The notes beneath the pieces are model-generated. The model saw nothing but the letters and a program-made list of their open reading frames with translations, made no database searches and was not told the DNA's origin. DNA of 32,000 nucleotides from Xanthomonas campestris pv. campestris str. ATCC 33913 (GTDB lineage Bacteria > Pseudomonadota > Gammaproteobacteria > Xanthomonadales > Xanthomonadaceae): positions 4,733,426 through 4,765,425 of the forward strand of contig NC_003902.1 of the NCBI RefSeq assembly GCF_000007145.1, written 5' to 3'. Both the position numbers and the translations under genes were made by a program. Positions 1 to 9,817 of the stretch are shown piece by piece. Numbering within the stretch: position 1 is the first letter of the stretch; the number at the start of each line of letters is the position of its first letter.

Positions 1-62
1 AAGGCATCCCCCAAAAAGCCCCAACGCGCGCAAGAAAGCTCCTACGCAATCTTCTCCCGTCT

Positions 63-1838
63 CTACGAAGCGCTCTTCTTGACGACTTTGGTTGCCGGCT
101 TCGTCGCCTTTTTGGTGGCGCGCTTGGTGACCGCCTTGCTTGCCGCCTTGCTCGGCGACGCCGCCGCTGCAGATTTCCCGGCAACCGCAGCGCTGCGCTT
201 GGCAGGCGCCTTGGCGACTTTTTTCGCAGCCTTTTTGACCGCCTTCTTGGCGCTCTTCTTCGCCGGTGCCGCCGCACCCGCACGCGCTTCAGGCGGGCGA
301 CGCGGCGGCGGTTTGCGGCCCGGAGTGAGCGCACGCCAGGCGTGCCCGCCGTTCATCGCCAGCAACGCATCGGCCGCCGACGGGCCGGCACTGCCAGCCG
401 CGTAATTGGGAAAGTCACTGGGCGGTTGCTTCCACGCATCCAGGATCGGCTGCACGATGCGCCACGCGCCTTCCACCATCGCTGCATCCTGGAACAGACC
501 GGCCTCGCCATTCATGCAGTCCTGCAGCAAGCGCTCGTAGCCAACGGTGTATTCCTTCGGGAACCAGTCGCGGTAGCGGAAGTCCATCCGCACCGGCGCC
601 AACGCCACTTGCGCGCCCGGGCGCTTGACGTCGAACTGCAGCGAGATGCCTTCGTCGGGCTGGATATGCAGCACCAGCCAGTCGGGGCCGTAGCCGCCCA
701 CTTCGGTGCTGCGGAATGGCGCCAACGGTGCAGGCTTGAAGCGGATCGCAATCTCGGTGGTGCGTTCGCGCAGGCGCTTGCCGGTGCGCAGATAGAACGG
801 CACGCCGGCCCAGCGCCAGGTGTCGACCTGCAACTTCATCGCCACGAAGGTTTCGGTTTCCGACTCGTCCGGTACCGTGTCTTCTTCGCGGTATCCCGGC
901 ACGGCGCTGCGATTGACCGCACCGGACGCGTACTGCCCACGCACCACGTCTTCAGGTTTGATCGGGCGCACCGCTTCGATCACTTCGGCGCGGCGGCGAT
1001 GCATCGCCTCGGTGGTGAACGCGGCCGGCGGCTCCATCGCAATCATCGCCAGCAGCTGGAACAGATGGTTGGGCACCATGTCGCGCAGGCAGCCGGTGGG
1101 ATCGTAGAAACGCCCGCGCCCTTCCACACCGATGGTTTCGGCGGCAGTGATCTGCACGTGGTCGATCCGGTCGCGGTTCCACACCGGCTCGAACAGGCCA
1201 TTGGCGAAGCGGAACGCCAGGATGTTCTGCACGGTTTCCTTGCCCAGGAAATGGTCGATGCGGAACACCTGGTCTTCGTGCAGCACGCGCGCAACCGTGG
1301 CATTGAGATGCTTGGCGCTGGGCAGGTCGTGGCCGAACGGCTTTTCCACGATCACCCGGCGCCAGCCGGCGCCCTCGCGCTGCTTGACCAGCCCGGCCTC
1401 GCCCAGATTCAGCAGCACCGGCTCGAAGAAGCGCGCGGCGGTGGCCAGATAGAACAGCACATTACCGCGGGTGCCATAGCGCTTGTGCAGTTTTTCCAGC
1501 ACGCCGTCCAGCGACTGATAGGCACGCAGGTCGGTGAAGTCGCCGCGCACGTAATGCATGCGCTCGCGCAACCAGTCCCAGGTGTCGGTATCGAATCCAT
1601 CGGCCTGGAACTCGGCATCGCGGCTGCTCAGCAGCTCGGTCATCGCCTTGCCCATGTTGGTGCGCCAGGCACGCTCGGTGATGTCGCCGTGGTCCATGCC
1701 GACAATGGCGAATTCCTCGCCAAGTGCACCGGCGCGGCGCAGGTTGTACAGCGCCGGCATCACCAGGCGCCGGGTCAGGTCACCGCGCGCACCGAACACC
1801 ACGATGATGCACGGCGGGGTGGTCACTTGCTCACTCAT
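63..1838 (-). CDS. zwf: Glucose-6-phosphate 1-dehydrogenase with an ~84-aa Lys/Ala-rich C-terminal extension
   Basis: Part of the 640-aa ORF 63..1985. I chose the ATG at 1838 (MSEQVTTPPCIIVVFGARGDLTRRL). It precedes the NADP-binding GARGDLTRR motif and forms an ATGA overlap with the stop of the upstream gene (1835-1837). The G6PD signature FRIDHFLGKETVQN is present. The core ends near ...GGHAWRALTPG and is followed by the tail PAKKSAKKAVKKAAKKVAKAPAKR...TKKATKPATKVVKKSAS. Confidence 0.9.
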   Translation of the reverse strand: MSEQVTTPPCIIVVFGARGDLTRRLVMPALYNLRRAGALGEEFAIVGMDHGDITERAWRTNMGKAMTELLSSRDAEFQADGFDTDTWDWLRERMHYVRGDFTDLRAYQSLDGVLEKLHKRYGTRGNVLFYLATAARFFEPVLLNLGEAGLVKQREGAGWRRVIVEKPFGHDLPSAKHLNATVARVLHEDQVFRIDHFLGKETVQNILAFRFANGLFEPVWNRDRIDHVQITAAETIGVEGRGRFYDPTGCLRDMVPNHLFQLLAMIAMEPPAAFTTEAMHRRRAEVIEAVRPIKPEDVVRGQYASGAVNRSAVPGYREEDTVPDESETETFVAMKLQVDTWRWAGVPFYLRTGKRLRERTTEIAIRFKPAPLAPFRSTEVGGYGPDWLVLHIQPDEGISLQFDVKRPGAQVALAPVRMDFRYRDWFPKEYTVGYERLLQDCMNGEAGLFQDAAMVEGAWRIVQPILDAWKQPPSDFPNYAAGSAGPSAADALLAMNGGHAWRALTPGRKPPPRRPPEARAGAAAPAKKSAKKAVKKAAKKVAKAPAKRSAAVAGKSAAAASPSKAASKAVTKRATKKATKPATKVVKKSAS

Positions 1839-3634
1839 GGATGCGTCTCCTTCTCGCCCATGCGTCCATGCAGGCGCAATGCCGCATTGACCAGGGCCAC
1901 GTGGGAATACCCTTGCGGGAAGTTGCCAAGCATGCGTTTGCTGCGCGGGTCGTACTCTTCGGCGAGCAGGCCCACGTCGTTGCACAGCCCGAGCAGGCGC
2001 TCGAGCAATGCGCGCGCCTGCTCGGTGCGGCCGAGCAAGGCGTAGTTTTCCACCAGCCAGAAACTGCAGGCGATGAAGGTGCCCTCGCCGGCCGGCAGGC
2101 CATCGGCACTGTCGTCGGCGCGATAGCGTTCGACCAGGCCATCGATGGTGAGATCGCGCGCGATGGCGTCGGCGGTGGCGGCAATGCGCGGATCATCCGG
2201 CGGCAGGAAGCCGACGATGGGAATCAGTAATAACGAGGCATCCAGCCGATCCGAGCCGTAGCTCTGCACGAAATACCCATCCGGGTGCACGCCTTTTTCC
2301 AGCACCTCGGTGCGGATCTGCTCGGCGATGCGGCCCCAATGCGCGCGTTTTTCGGCGCTGGCATTGGTGATGCCGTCGCGGCAGCCGCAATCGAAGGCCA
2401 GCCATGCCATGACCTTGGAATGCACGAAGTGGCGGCGCTCGTCGCGCACTTCCCAGATGCCTTCGTCGGGTGTGCGCCACAGGTCTTCGAGCATTTCCAG
2501 GAAATGCTCCAGCAACGAGGCCGAAGAACCATCGTCATCGGCCGGCGGCGGGACGCCTTTTTCGCGCGCGTAGTGAAACGCGCCGATCAATTCGCCGTAG
2601 ACGTCGAGCTGAAACTGGTCCACCGCGCCGTTGCCGATCCGCACCGGCGCCGAGCCTTCGTAGCCAGGCAACCAATGCGCTTCCCACTCCTGCAAGCGAC
2701 GCTCGCCGGCAATGCCGTACAGCGCCTGCAGCTGATCCGGCGAACCGGCGATGGCCCGTTGCACCCAGTCGCGAAATGCCGAGGCTTCATCGCGGTAGCC
2801 GGCCTGCAACAACGCGATCAGGGTGAACACCGAATCGCGCAGCCAGCAATAGCGGTAATCCCAATTCCGCGTGCCGCCCAGGTGTTCGGGCAGCGAGGCA
2901 GTGGGCGCGGCGACAATGCCGCCGGTGGGCAGATAACTCAGCCCCTTCAGCACCACCAATGATCGCTTCACCTGCTGCGTCCACGGCCCCACATCGGTGC
3001 ACCGCCGCGCCCAGCCGTGCCAGAACGCGGTGGTGCGCTGCAGGGCTTCATCCGGGTCGATGGCCGGCGGCACGGTCTGGTGCGACAGGCCGTGACTGAG
3101 CAGAAACCAGGTGCTTTCGCCCTCGCGCAGGGTGAAGTCGGTTTCGGTGCCCAGGTCCTTGCCTTGCAGCGTCTGTGGCGTACGCAGGGCCAGCTGATCC
3201 GGACCGGCAATGGCGCGAATGCCGCCATCGATGCTGGTCACCCACGGCACCGTGCGGCCGTAATTGAAGCGGAAGGTCAGGCGCATGTGCATGGGCACTT
3301 CGCCCTGTACGCAGCGCACCATGCGCACCAGATGCTGATGCACCTCGCCGTCGTCGCTGGCCACCATGAAGTCGACCAGTTCCACCGTGCCGGCGGCGGT
3401 GATGAGCCGGGTGCGCAGCACCAGGCTGTCGTCTTCGTAGGCGCGCTCGCTGCGGAAATCGGCGGCCGGTGCCAGCGCCCATTGGCCGTGTTCCGGCGTG
3501 CCCAGCAGGGAGGCGAAGACTGCATCGGAATCGAAGCGTGGCAGGCACAGCCAGTCGATGGTGCCGCAGTGGTCGACCAGGGCCGCGCTGTGGCAATTGC
3601 CCAGCATGGCGTGGTCCTCGATACGGACGCTCAT
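1835..3634 (-). CDS. Glycoside hydrolase family 15 (glucoamylase/trehalase-like) protein
   Basis: 599-aa ORF. The N-terminus MSVRIEDHAMLGNCHSAALVDHCGTIDWLCLPRFDSDAVFASLLG and the later WDYRYCWLRDS / FWLVENY segments are typical of bacterial GH15 glucoamylase-related proteins. The stop overlaps the zwf start (ATGA). Confidence 0.8.
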   Translation of the reverse strand: MSVRIEDHAMLGNCHSAALVDHCGTIDWLCLPRFDSDAVFASLLGTPEHGQWALAPAADFRSERAYEDDSLVLRTRLITAAGTVELVDFMVASDDGEVHQHLVRMVRCVQGEVPMHMRLTFRFNYGRTVPWVTSIDGGIRAIAGPDQLALRTPQTLQGKDLGTETDFTLREGESTWFLLSHGLSHQTVPPAIDPDEALQRTTAFWHGWARRCTDVGPWTQQVKRSLVVLKGLSYLPTGGIVAAPTASLPEHLGGTRNWDYRYCWLRDSVFTLIALLQAGYRDEASAFRDWVQRAIAGSPDQLQALYGIAGERRLQEWEAHWLPGYEGSAPVRIGNGAVDQFQLDVYGELIGAFHYAREKGVPPPADDDGSSASLLEHFLEMLEDLWRTPDEGIWEVRDERRHFVHSKVMAWLAFDCGCRDGITNASAEKRAHWGRIAEQIRTEVLEKGVHPDGYFVQSYGSDRLDASLLLIPIVGFLPPDDPRIAATADAIARDLTIDGLVERYRADDSADGLPAGEGTFIACSFWLVENYALLGRTEQARALLERLLGLCNDVGLLAEEYDPRSKRMLGNFPQGYSHVALVNAALRLHGRMGEKETHP

Positions 3635-3697
3635 CGGGTGGGCGCTTCCTTCGTGCGAGTCAAACCCCAGTGTTGCACGCGAGGTGTCGGGATCGGG

Positions 3698-4027
3698 TTA
3701 CGAATGCACCGGCAAACGCAGCAGTGGTGGCACCGTGTGTTCCAGCCGGCGGATCAGTTCCGGCTGCATGTAGGCGTAGTCGTCGTGAATCTGCAGGCAG
3801 GCCACACGGCAGTGCTGCAGGTGCGCAGCGAAGCGCCGGCGCAACAGCTGCAGATGGCGGCGCTCCATCACCAGCACCAAATCGCTGTCGTGCAGCAGCT
3901 CGGGTGTGACCGGTTGCTCGGCATCGGGCGCCAGTCCGGCCGATTGCGTGAGCACATTCGGCCACTGTGCGAAGACGTGCTCGGCGGTGGGGCTGCGCAG
4001 CCGGTTGCGGCTGCACACGAACAGCAC
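3698..4027 (-). CDS. Low-molecular-weight phosphotyrosine protein phosphatase-like protein (short, ~109 aa)
   Basis: C-terminal part of ORF 3698..4507. It contains the CX5R(S/T) P-loop VLFVCSRNRLRSPTAE. There is no in-frame ATG near it. The GTG at 4027 (V of RVLFVC) is the nearest plausible start, 27 nt downstream of the ankyrin-gene stop. The start is uncertain. Confidence 0.6.
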   Translation of the reverse strand: MLFVCSRNRLRSPTAEHVFAQWPNVLTQSAGLAPDAEQPVTPELLHDSDLVLVMERRHLQLLRRRFAAHLQHCRVACLQIHDDYAYMQPELIRRLEHTVPPLLRLPVHS

Positions 4028-4053
4028 CCGCAGCGGCGCGAAGGCGCGCTGGC

Positions 4054-7000
4054 TCAGCGGCCTTCGCGCAGGAAGCGCGCCATCGACGACACCCCCGGCA
4101 ACGCCGGTTCGAACTGGCCCGCCACGTCGATGAAGCCGCGCATGATCGCAATCTCGCGCGGGGTGCGGTTGAGCGCGTCGCGGCGGTCCGAATCGGCACC
4201 GGCACGCAACAGGCGCTGCACCAGCAAGGGCAGCCCATGCAGGGCTGCCAGATGCAGCGGGCCGAAGCCGCGTTGATCGGCCACGTCCAGCGCCACGTCT
4301 TCGTCGAGCAGGCGCTCCACACCGGCCAGTACGACCTGCTCGTCGCAGGCGGTGCCAGGTTCGGCGCGTGCGCCCAGCAACATCAGCAGCGGGCTGACCC
4401 GCCCGCCGGCCAGGTAATCCGGGTCGGCGCCGGCCAGCAGCAAGGTGTCCAGCAGCGCGAGCAGGCGGATCTTGTCGCGCGCGGTGAAGCCGTACAGTGC
4501 GGCGCAATGCAGCGCCGCCAGGCCCTGGTCGTCGTTGGCATGCACGTCGGCGCCAGCGGCGAGCAGGCGCGCCACGATGTCAGGCAGGCCCAGCGCACAG
4601 GCCAGCATCAGCACGGTGACGCCACCGGGCAGGCGGTGTTCGATCTGCGCGCCGGCCGCCAGCAGCGCCGCCACGATCTCGGTCTGGCGCATGCTCACCG
4701 CCGCCGACAATGGCGTGGCGCCGCTGTTGGCGGCACGCTGCGGGTCCGCGCCACGGCCGAGCAGATGGGTCACCACGGCCAGATGGCCGCTGCCGGCTGC
4801 ACGCAGCAGTGCGGTGCAGCCCTGCGCGTCCACCGCATCCACCGGCAGGCCGAGGTCGATCAGGCGACGCACCGCATCGGTATCGCCGGTCATCGCCGCG
4901 GCCGGCACATCGGCCTCGCGCAGCGTGCGGCGTGGCAGCGACCAGATACGCCAGTCCAGCCAATCGGCCAGATCGCGCCGGCCGATCGACAACGCCACGC
5001 CCAACGGGGTCTGCCCGTCGGCGGCGCGCGCTTCCGGCGAGGCACCTTGCTTGACCAGCAATTTGAGCGAGGCCTCGCGGCCCAGCGCGGTGGCCAGATG
5101 CAGCGCGGTCATGCCGTGGCTGTCGCGCGCTTCGCGGTCCACGCCGTGTTCGAGCAGCCACTGCTGCAGGCGCAACCAGCCCAGGCGCACCGCCAGCGAC
5201 AGCGGCGGGTCGCCAGCGGCCGACGGCGCGAATGGGTCGGCGCCGCGTTCAAGCAATTCCAGCGCGAACTGTTCCAGCCCGCGCGAGGCCGCGTCGTGCT
5301 GCACGCAGGCGCTGAGCAGGCGGGTCAGCCCGCCGGCACCGGCCGGCGAGACGCCGTGGCGCAGCAACACCTGCAGCGCCGGTACCGCTTCGACACCACG
5401 CGAGAGCAGCGCGAACATCGGCACGTCACCGCAGGCATCGCGCACCTCGGCATCGGCCCCGTGGCGCAGCAGCCAGTCGACCGCGTCGGCATTCAGGGCC
5501 AGGTGCGCGTCGTGCAGCAGGCCGCCCAGTTCTTCCGGGCCGCACAGCCGCGCCAGTGCAACCAGGCCATCGCGCTGGCCCAGCTGCAGGCCTTCGCGCA
5601 ACAGCACCAGCGGCGGGCGGTCCGGTAATTGCGTGGTGGGACCGACACCGTCGCCGTGCGCGTCGCTGACTGCCGAGGGCAGCGGATAGGCCGGATCGAG
5701 CAGGCGCACGATCGCCCAACGGCCTGCTTCGGCGGCCACATCCACGGCGCGGCGGCCGTGCATGTCCTGCGCATCAGCGGGGACATCCAGCTCCAGCAGG
5801 CGGCGGATCAGCGCTGGCGACACGGTGTCGGCAGCGCAGGCCAGCATCACCGCATTGCGGCCGTCTCCATCGATCGCCAGCACGTCGGTCTTGCGCGCCA
5901 CCAGCCGCTCCAGCACCGCGCTGCGGGCCTGGCGGGCGGCATCCAGCCACGGCGTGCGGCCGAGCAGGTCGCGCGCTTCCAGATTTGCGCCGGCCGCCAG
6001 CAGCGCCTCGACGATGTCGCCGTGCCCGGCCAGCGCGGCTTCGTGCAGCGCGCTGCGGCGCTGGCGGTCGCGCGCATCCACGCGCGCCTTGTGCTTGAGC
6101 AGCAGTTGGACGCCAGCCGGGTCGTCTTCCTGGGTCCCGGCGGCCGGCAGCAACACCGGCGCACCACCGGCCGGCTCGGACTGCGCGCCGCGTTCCAGCA
6201 GGAACTTGGCCAAGCGCCAGTTGCCGACCTGGCAGGCCATCGCCAGCGGCGAGTGGCCTTCGTTATTGAGCGCATCCAGTTCGGCGGCGGCATCGCGCAG
6301 CAACGCGGCCACGCCGGGGTCGGAACTGCGCACCGCGTGATGCAGCGGCGTGTCGCTGTCGTTGTCGGTGGCGCGCGGGTCGGCGCCGTTGGCCAGCAGC
6401 GTCATCACCGCATCCGGGCGACCATGCCAGCTGTCGCGGGTGGCCGCCAGCAGCGGGGTCATGCCGCGGTGCGGCTGGTTCACATCTACGCGCCGGGTGA
6501 TCAGTTCACGTAGCAGGCGCAGGTCCGGCAGCACTGCAGCCAGCGCCGGCAGGCTGCGTTGATCGCGCCATTCCGGCAGCGGCAGCGCCTGCGGGTCGGC
6601 GCCGGCCTCGAGCAGTTGCAGCGCCCGATCCACGCGCCCGCCGCGGGCGGCTTCATACAGCTCCGGCACCAGCTGGTGCTGGGCCACCGGTTCCAGCGGG
6701 CCAGGTTCGGCCGCGGCTTCGGAGAAGAAATCCGCGGCCTGGCGGGGCGCCAGTGTCTCGGTGCGCGCCGGCGGCACGGTGCGCTGCAGCAGCAGGTGGG
6801 CAGCCGGCAGCAATACGCTCGCGGCGACCGCCAGGCCCCAACGCAGCCCGCCGGACAGACCGCCCGGCCATGCCAGCGCCACGCCCAGCCCGCACACCGC
6901 CAGCACCAGGGCCGCGACCAACAGGCCGCGCCAGGCGTGCAGTTCCTGCGTGGCCAATGCATGCCAGCGTGGCGTCAGCGGGCCGCCGTCGCGTTCCACC

Positions 7001-7377
7001 TCGCCCCACAGCGGCCAGGTACGCCACAGCCCGAGCAACGCGGCGCTCACCGCCACACTGAGCGCCAGCGCGGCGGCCAGGCTGCCGCTGTCGCGCAGGG
7101 CGGTCAGCGGCCAGGTGATCAGCGCGCCCAGGGCGAGCAGCCCAACGCCCCACAGCGTCAGCAAAGGCGGCAGGCCTGGCAGCAGTGCGCGGGGTTGGGA
7201 CGGCATCGCGCGGGTGCCGCGCAGCCAGGACACCGCCAGCGCGAAGGCCGGTTGCGCCAGCCACAGTGCCAGCGCGGCAACAACGCCGCCCACGCCGCCG
7301 AGCAGGGTGAGCACCACGCCGGCCGCAGCGGCCAGCCCCGCAGCGCGCAGCCGCGCGGCTCGCTGCGGCTCAGTCAT
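4054..7377 (-). CDS. Large membrane-anchored ankyrin-repeat protein (1107 aa)
   Basis: The first ~215 aa are hydrophobic and helix-rich (e.g. [67 protein letters not shown]). The rest contains, by eye, about 20 or more ANK-like units. Examples: [11 protein letters not shown]...[114 protein letters not shown]. Confidence 0.85.
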   Translation of the reverse strand: MTEPQRAARLRAAGLAAAAGVVLTLLGGVGGVVAALALWLAQPAFALAVSWLRGTRAMPSQPRALLPGLPPLLTLWGVGLLALGALITWPLTALRDSGSLAAALALSVAVSAALLGLWRTWPLWGEVERDGGPLTPRWHALATQELHAWRGLLVAALVLAVCGLGVALAWPGGLSGGLRWGLAVAASVLLPAAHLLLQRTVPPARTETLAPRQAADFFSEAAAEPGPLEPVAQHQLVPELYEAARGGRVDRALQLLEAGADPQALPLPEWRDQRSLPALAAVLPDLRLLRELITRRVDVNQPHRGMTPLLAATRDSWHGRPDAVMTLLANGADPRATDNDSDTPLHHAVRSSDPGVAALLRDAAAELDALNNEGHSPLAMACQVGNWRLAKFLLERGAQSEPAGGAPVLLPAAGTQEDDPAGVQLLLKHKARVDARDRQRRSALHEAALAGHGDIVEALLAAGANLEARDLLGRTPWLDAARQARSAVLERLVARKTDVLAIDGDGRNAVMLACAADTVSPALIRRLLELDVPADAQDMHGRRAVDVAAEAGRWAIVRLLDPAYPLPSAVSDAHGDGVGPTTQLPDRPPLVLLREGLQLGQRDGLVALARLCGPEELGGLLHDAHLALNADAVDWLLRHGADAEVRDACGDVPMFALLSRGVEAVPALQVLLRHGVSPAGAGGLTRLLSACVQHDAASRGLEQFALELLERGADPFAPSAAGDPPLSLAVRLGWLRLQQWLLEHGVDREARDSHGMTALHLATALGREASLKLLVKQGASPEARAADGQTPLGVALSIGRRDLADWLDWRIWSLPRRTLREADVPAAAMTGDTDAVRRLIDLGLPVDAVDAQGCTALLRAAGSGHLAVVTHLLGRGADPQRAANSGATPLSAAVSMRQTEIVAALLAAGAQIEHRLPGGVTVLMLACALGLPDIVARLLAAGADVHANDDQGLAALHCAALYGFTARDKIRLLALLDTLLLAGADPDYLAGGRVSPLLMLLGARAEPGTACDEQVVLAGVERLLDEDVALDVADQRGFGPLHLAALHGLPLLVQRLLRAGADSDRRDALNRTPREIAIMRGFIDVAGQFEPALPGVSSMARFLREGR

Positions 7378-7630
7378 AGTCGCACTCGCCCGCCAGCACC
7401 ACCGTCTTCGGCAATTGCAGATAGAAGCCGTGGCTGGCCAGCGCCGCGCGCACAGTGTCCGCGTCGGCCTGCGCCAGGCGGCGCTCCGGCGTCAACGCCG
7501 CGTCCAGCACGAACGCGAACGGCGCCAACCGCGCCTGCACGTCGGCGGGAATCACGGAGAAATCGTCACGCGTGGCGAGATAGACGAACGTGTCCTGCTT
7601 GCGTTGGCTTTTATAGACGTAGGCGTGCAT
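7370..7630 (-). CDS. YcgL-domain protein (86 aa)
   Basis: Internal ATG at 7630 of ORF 7370..8092 gives [38 protein letters not shown]...FYLQLP, which is the typical YcgL family layout. It overlaps the ankyrin gene start by 8 nt. The upstream part of the long ORF overlaps the KS gene on the other strand and is treated as non-coding. Confidence 0.7.
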   Translation of the reverse strand: MHAYVYKSQRKQDTFVYLATRDDFSVIPADVQARLAPFAFVLDAALTPERRLAQADADTVRAALASHGFYLQLPKTVVLAGECDYD

Positions 7631-7820
7631 GCGCGCGTGGTCGCGCTCTAGGTGATGTGGGTCGCAGGATTGTGTCCCAATTGCGGCCATGGCGAAAGCG
7701 CGGCACGCGCGGAAAATCCCAGTCGCGTCAGCCACATGACCGTCACGTTCAGTTGCGCCATCAACGGGTGCCCTACCCGCCACCGATATACTGCGGTCAC
7801 TTTTTGCCAGCCAGACCACC
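7631..7820. promoter_or_regulatory. Divergent intergenic region between the ycgL operon (-) and the KS operon (+), presumed to hold promoters
   Basis: This call is based on position only: 190 bp between divergently oriented first genes. I could not pick out a convincing -35/-10 pair by eye. Confidence 0.3.
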
Positions 7821-9044
7821 GTGAGCCAAGCGCATCGTTCGTCCCAGATGGCCCCGGTCGCCATCACTGCCTTCACCGCCACCACTGCGCTCGGCGCCGG
7901 ATTGGATGCCCAGGCCAGCGCGCTGCGCGAACGCCGCAGCGGCATGCGCCGCAACGATTTCGGCCCGCAGCCGCTGGAATGCTGGATCGGCCGGGTTGCC
8001 GGCGTAGAAGACGTGGTGCTGCCAGACGCGCTGCAAGGCTGGGACTGCCGCAACAACCAGCTGGCCTGGCTGGCCCTGCAACAGGACGGCATGGCCGCCG
8101 CCGTGCAGGCCGCCGCGCAGCGCTATGGTGCCGAGCGCGTGGCGGTGGTGATGGGCACGTCCACCTCCAGCGTGGGCGCCAGCGAAGAGGCCTACACGCG
8201 CCTGGTCGAAGACGCCCACGGCCTGCGCTTCCCGGACGACCTGCAGCGCCCGATCGTGCACACCCCGCATTCGCTGGGCGACTTCGTGCAGCACGCTACC
8301 GGCCTGCGCGGGCCGGCGATCACCGTGGCCACGGCATGTTCGTCCAGCGCCAAGGTGTTCGCCCAGGCCGCGCGGTTGATGGCGGCCGGCGTGGTCGATG
8401 CGGCCCTGGTCGGCGGCGTGGATACCTTGTGCGGCAGCGTGTTGTTCGGCTTCAACTCGTTGCAGGTGGTGGCACCACAGCTATGCCAGCCGTTCGACGC
8501 ACGCCGGGTCGGCCTGAGCCTGGGCGAGGCCGGCGGCTTTGCCCTGCTCGAACGCCCCGCCGCCGCGCCGGACGCCGCGCAGTGGCTGTACGGCTATGGC
8601 GAATCCAGCGATGCCCACCACATGTCCGCCCCGCACCCGCAGGGCCTGGGCGCGCAGTTGGCGATGCGTGGCGCGCTGGACACCGCCGGGCTGGATGCCG
8701 CGGCGGTGGGATATCTCAACCTGCATGGCACCGCCACGCCGGCCAACGACAGCGTCGAGGCGGCCGCGGTAGCGGCGATCTTCCCCGACACCTTGCATGC
8801 CAGTTCGACCAAGGCCTGGATGGGCCACACGCTGGGCGCGGCCGGCATCGTGGAGTCGGTGATTGCGCTGCTCGCGCTGCGCGACGGCCTGCTGCCGGGC
8901 ACGCTCAACAGTGCGGTGCCCGACCCCGCCTGCGGCCCGCAGATCCGCTTCGATAACGCCCATTCCCGGATTCAGTACGCAATGAACAACTCCTTTGGCT
9001 TCGGCGGCAACAACTGCTCGCTGCTGTTCGGGCAGGCACGCTGA
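7821..9044 (+). CDS. Beta-ketoacyl-ACP synthase (FabF/FabB-like KS of the aryl-polyene pathway)
   Basis: 407-aa ORF that starts with GTG at 7821. An alternative ATG at 7848 would give [10 protein letters not shown]. The catalytic triad contexts are present: [13 protein letters not shown] (Cys), [13 protein letters not shown] (His) and [15 protein letters not shown] (His). The C-terminus [14 protein letters not shown] is typical of a KS. Confidence 0.9.
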   Translation: MSQAHRSSQMAPVAITAFTATTALGAGLDAQASALRERRSGMRRNDFGPQPLECWIGRVAGVEDVVLPDALQGWDCRNNQLAWLALQQDGMAAAVQAAAQRYGAERVAVVMGTSTSSVGASEEAYTRLVEDAHGLRFPDDLQRPIVHTPHSLGDFVQHATGLRGPAITVATACSSSAKVFAQAARLMAAGVVDAALVGGVDTLCGSVLFGFNSLQVVAPQLCQPFDARRVGLSLGEAGGFALLERPAAAPDAAQWLYGYGESSDAHHMSAPHPQGLGAQLAMRGALDTAGLDAAAVGYLNLHGTATPANDSVEAAAVAAIFPDTLHASSTKAWMGHTLGAAGIVESVIALLALRDGLLPGTLNSAVPDPACGPQIRFDNAHSRIQYAMNNSFGFGGNNCSLLFGQAR

Positions 9045-9817
9045 TGTTGACGGCCACTATCGAAGGCATCGGTTTCTGGACCCAGGGCCTGCCCACCTGG
9101 GATGCGGCGGTCGCGTTCGCGCATGGCGCCGACCTGCAGGACACCCCGGCCCGTCCGTCCCCCCAGTTGCTGGCCCCCAACGAGCGCCGGCGCGCGCCCG
9201 ACACCGTGGCCGTGTCGCTGGACGCGGCGCTGGCCGCCTGCCACGCCGCCGGCCGCGACCCCACCATGCTGCCATCGGTGTTCACCTCCACCCACGGCGA
9301 TCTGGCGATCACCGACTACATGTGCACCACCCTGGCCAGCGACCCAACGGCCATCTCGCCGACCAAGTTCCACAACTCGGTGCACAACGCCGCCGCCGGT
9401 TACTGGACCATCGGTGCCGGCGCGATGACCCCGACCACCGCGCTCAGCGCCGGCGCCGGTAGCTTCGCGCAGGGCCTGCTGGAGGCGCTGATGCAACTGG
9501 GCGCCGGCGCCGAGGCGGTGTTGCTGGTGGGCTACGACGCGCGCTCGATCGGGCCGCTGGGGCGGGTGTCGCCCAGCGAAGGCCTGCTTGGCGCCGCACT
9601 GGTGCTGGGTGCGCCCGGCCAGGCCGGCAAGCCGCAGCTGGCGCTTCGCTTCGACGACGGCGTGCCCACGCCGGGCGATGGCCCGCTGGCGCGCTACATG
9701 GCCGCCAACGCCATGGCGCCGATGCTGCCGCTGTTCGACTCACTGGCCGCAGGCGGCACCCACACCGCGCTGTACGCCGGCCCGGGGCGCGTGCTGCAGG
9801 TGGAGGTGCAGCCATGA
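9044..9817 (+). CDS. KS-partner / chain-length-factor-like protein (beta-ketoacyl synthase N-terminal-like domain, no catalytic Cys context seen)
   Basis: 257-aa ORF. The ATG at 9044 overlaps the KS stop (TGATG). Its size and its position directly after the KS match the ApeC-like CLF partner of aryl-polyene clusters. The assignment rests on context and general resemblance. Confidence 0.65.
   Translation: MLTATIEGIGFWTQGLPTWDAAVAFAHGADLQDTPARPSPQLLAPNERRRAPDTVAVSLDAALAACHAAGRDPTMLPSVFTSTHGDLAITDYMCTTLASDPTAISPTKFHNSVHNAAAGYWTIGAGAMTPTTALSAGAGSFAQGLLEALMQLGAGAEAVLLVGYDARSIGPLGRVSPSEGLLGAALVLGAPGQAGKPQLALRFDDGVPTPGDGPLARYMAANAMAPMLPLFDSLAAGGTHTALYAGPGRVLQVEVQP

Noticed and set aside
1839-1985. 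N-terminal 49-codon extension of the zwf ORF (MQRRGPARRRVRPAQQ...).
   Set aside because: It overlaps the GH15 coding region. The ATG at 1838 gives the canonical distance to the GARGDL NADP-binding motif and an ATGA coupling junction.
342-2045. 567-aa ORF on the + strand, antisense to zwf. Similar long antisense or off-frame ORFs occur elsewhere: 3017..4276 +, 3967..5628 +, 4445..5689 +, 6559..7824 +, 7652..8956 +, 15656..17851 +, 18874..20166 +, 22082..23158 -, 23316..25304 +, 24559..25830 -, 26410..28050 -.
   Set aside because: These are typical high-GC 'shadow' ORFs. Their products are Arg/Ala/Gly/Pro/His-rich low-complexity sequences without motifs. Each lies opposite to, or out of frame with, a gene that has clear family signatures.
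7631-8092. Upstream extension of the ycgL ORF (240-aa reading 7370..8092).
   Set aside because: The extension overlaps the KS gene on the opposite strand and has no YcgL similarity. YcgL proteins are ~85-110 aa and start just before the conserved YxxSxKxxxxYLY block, which matches the ATG at 7630.
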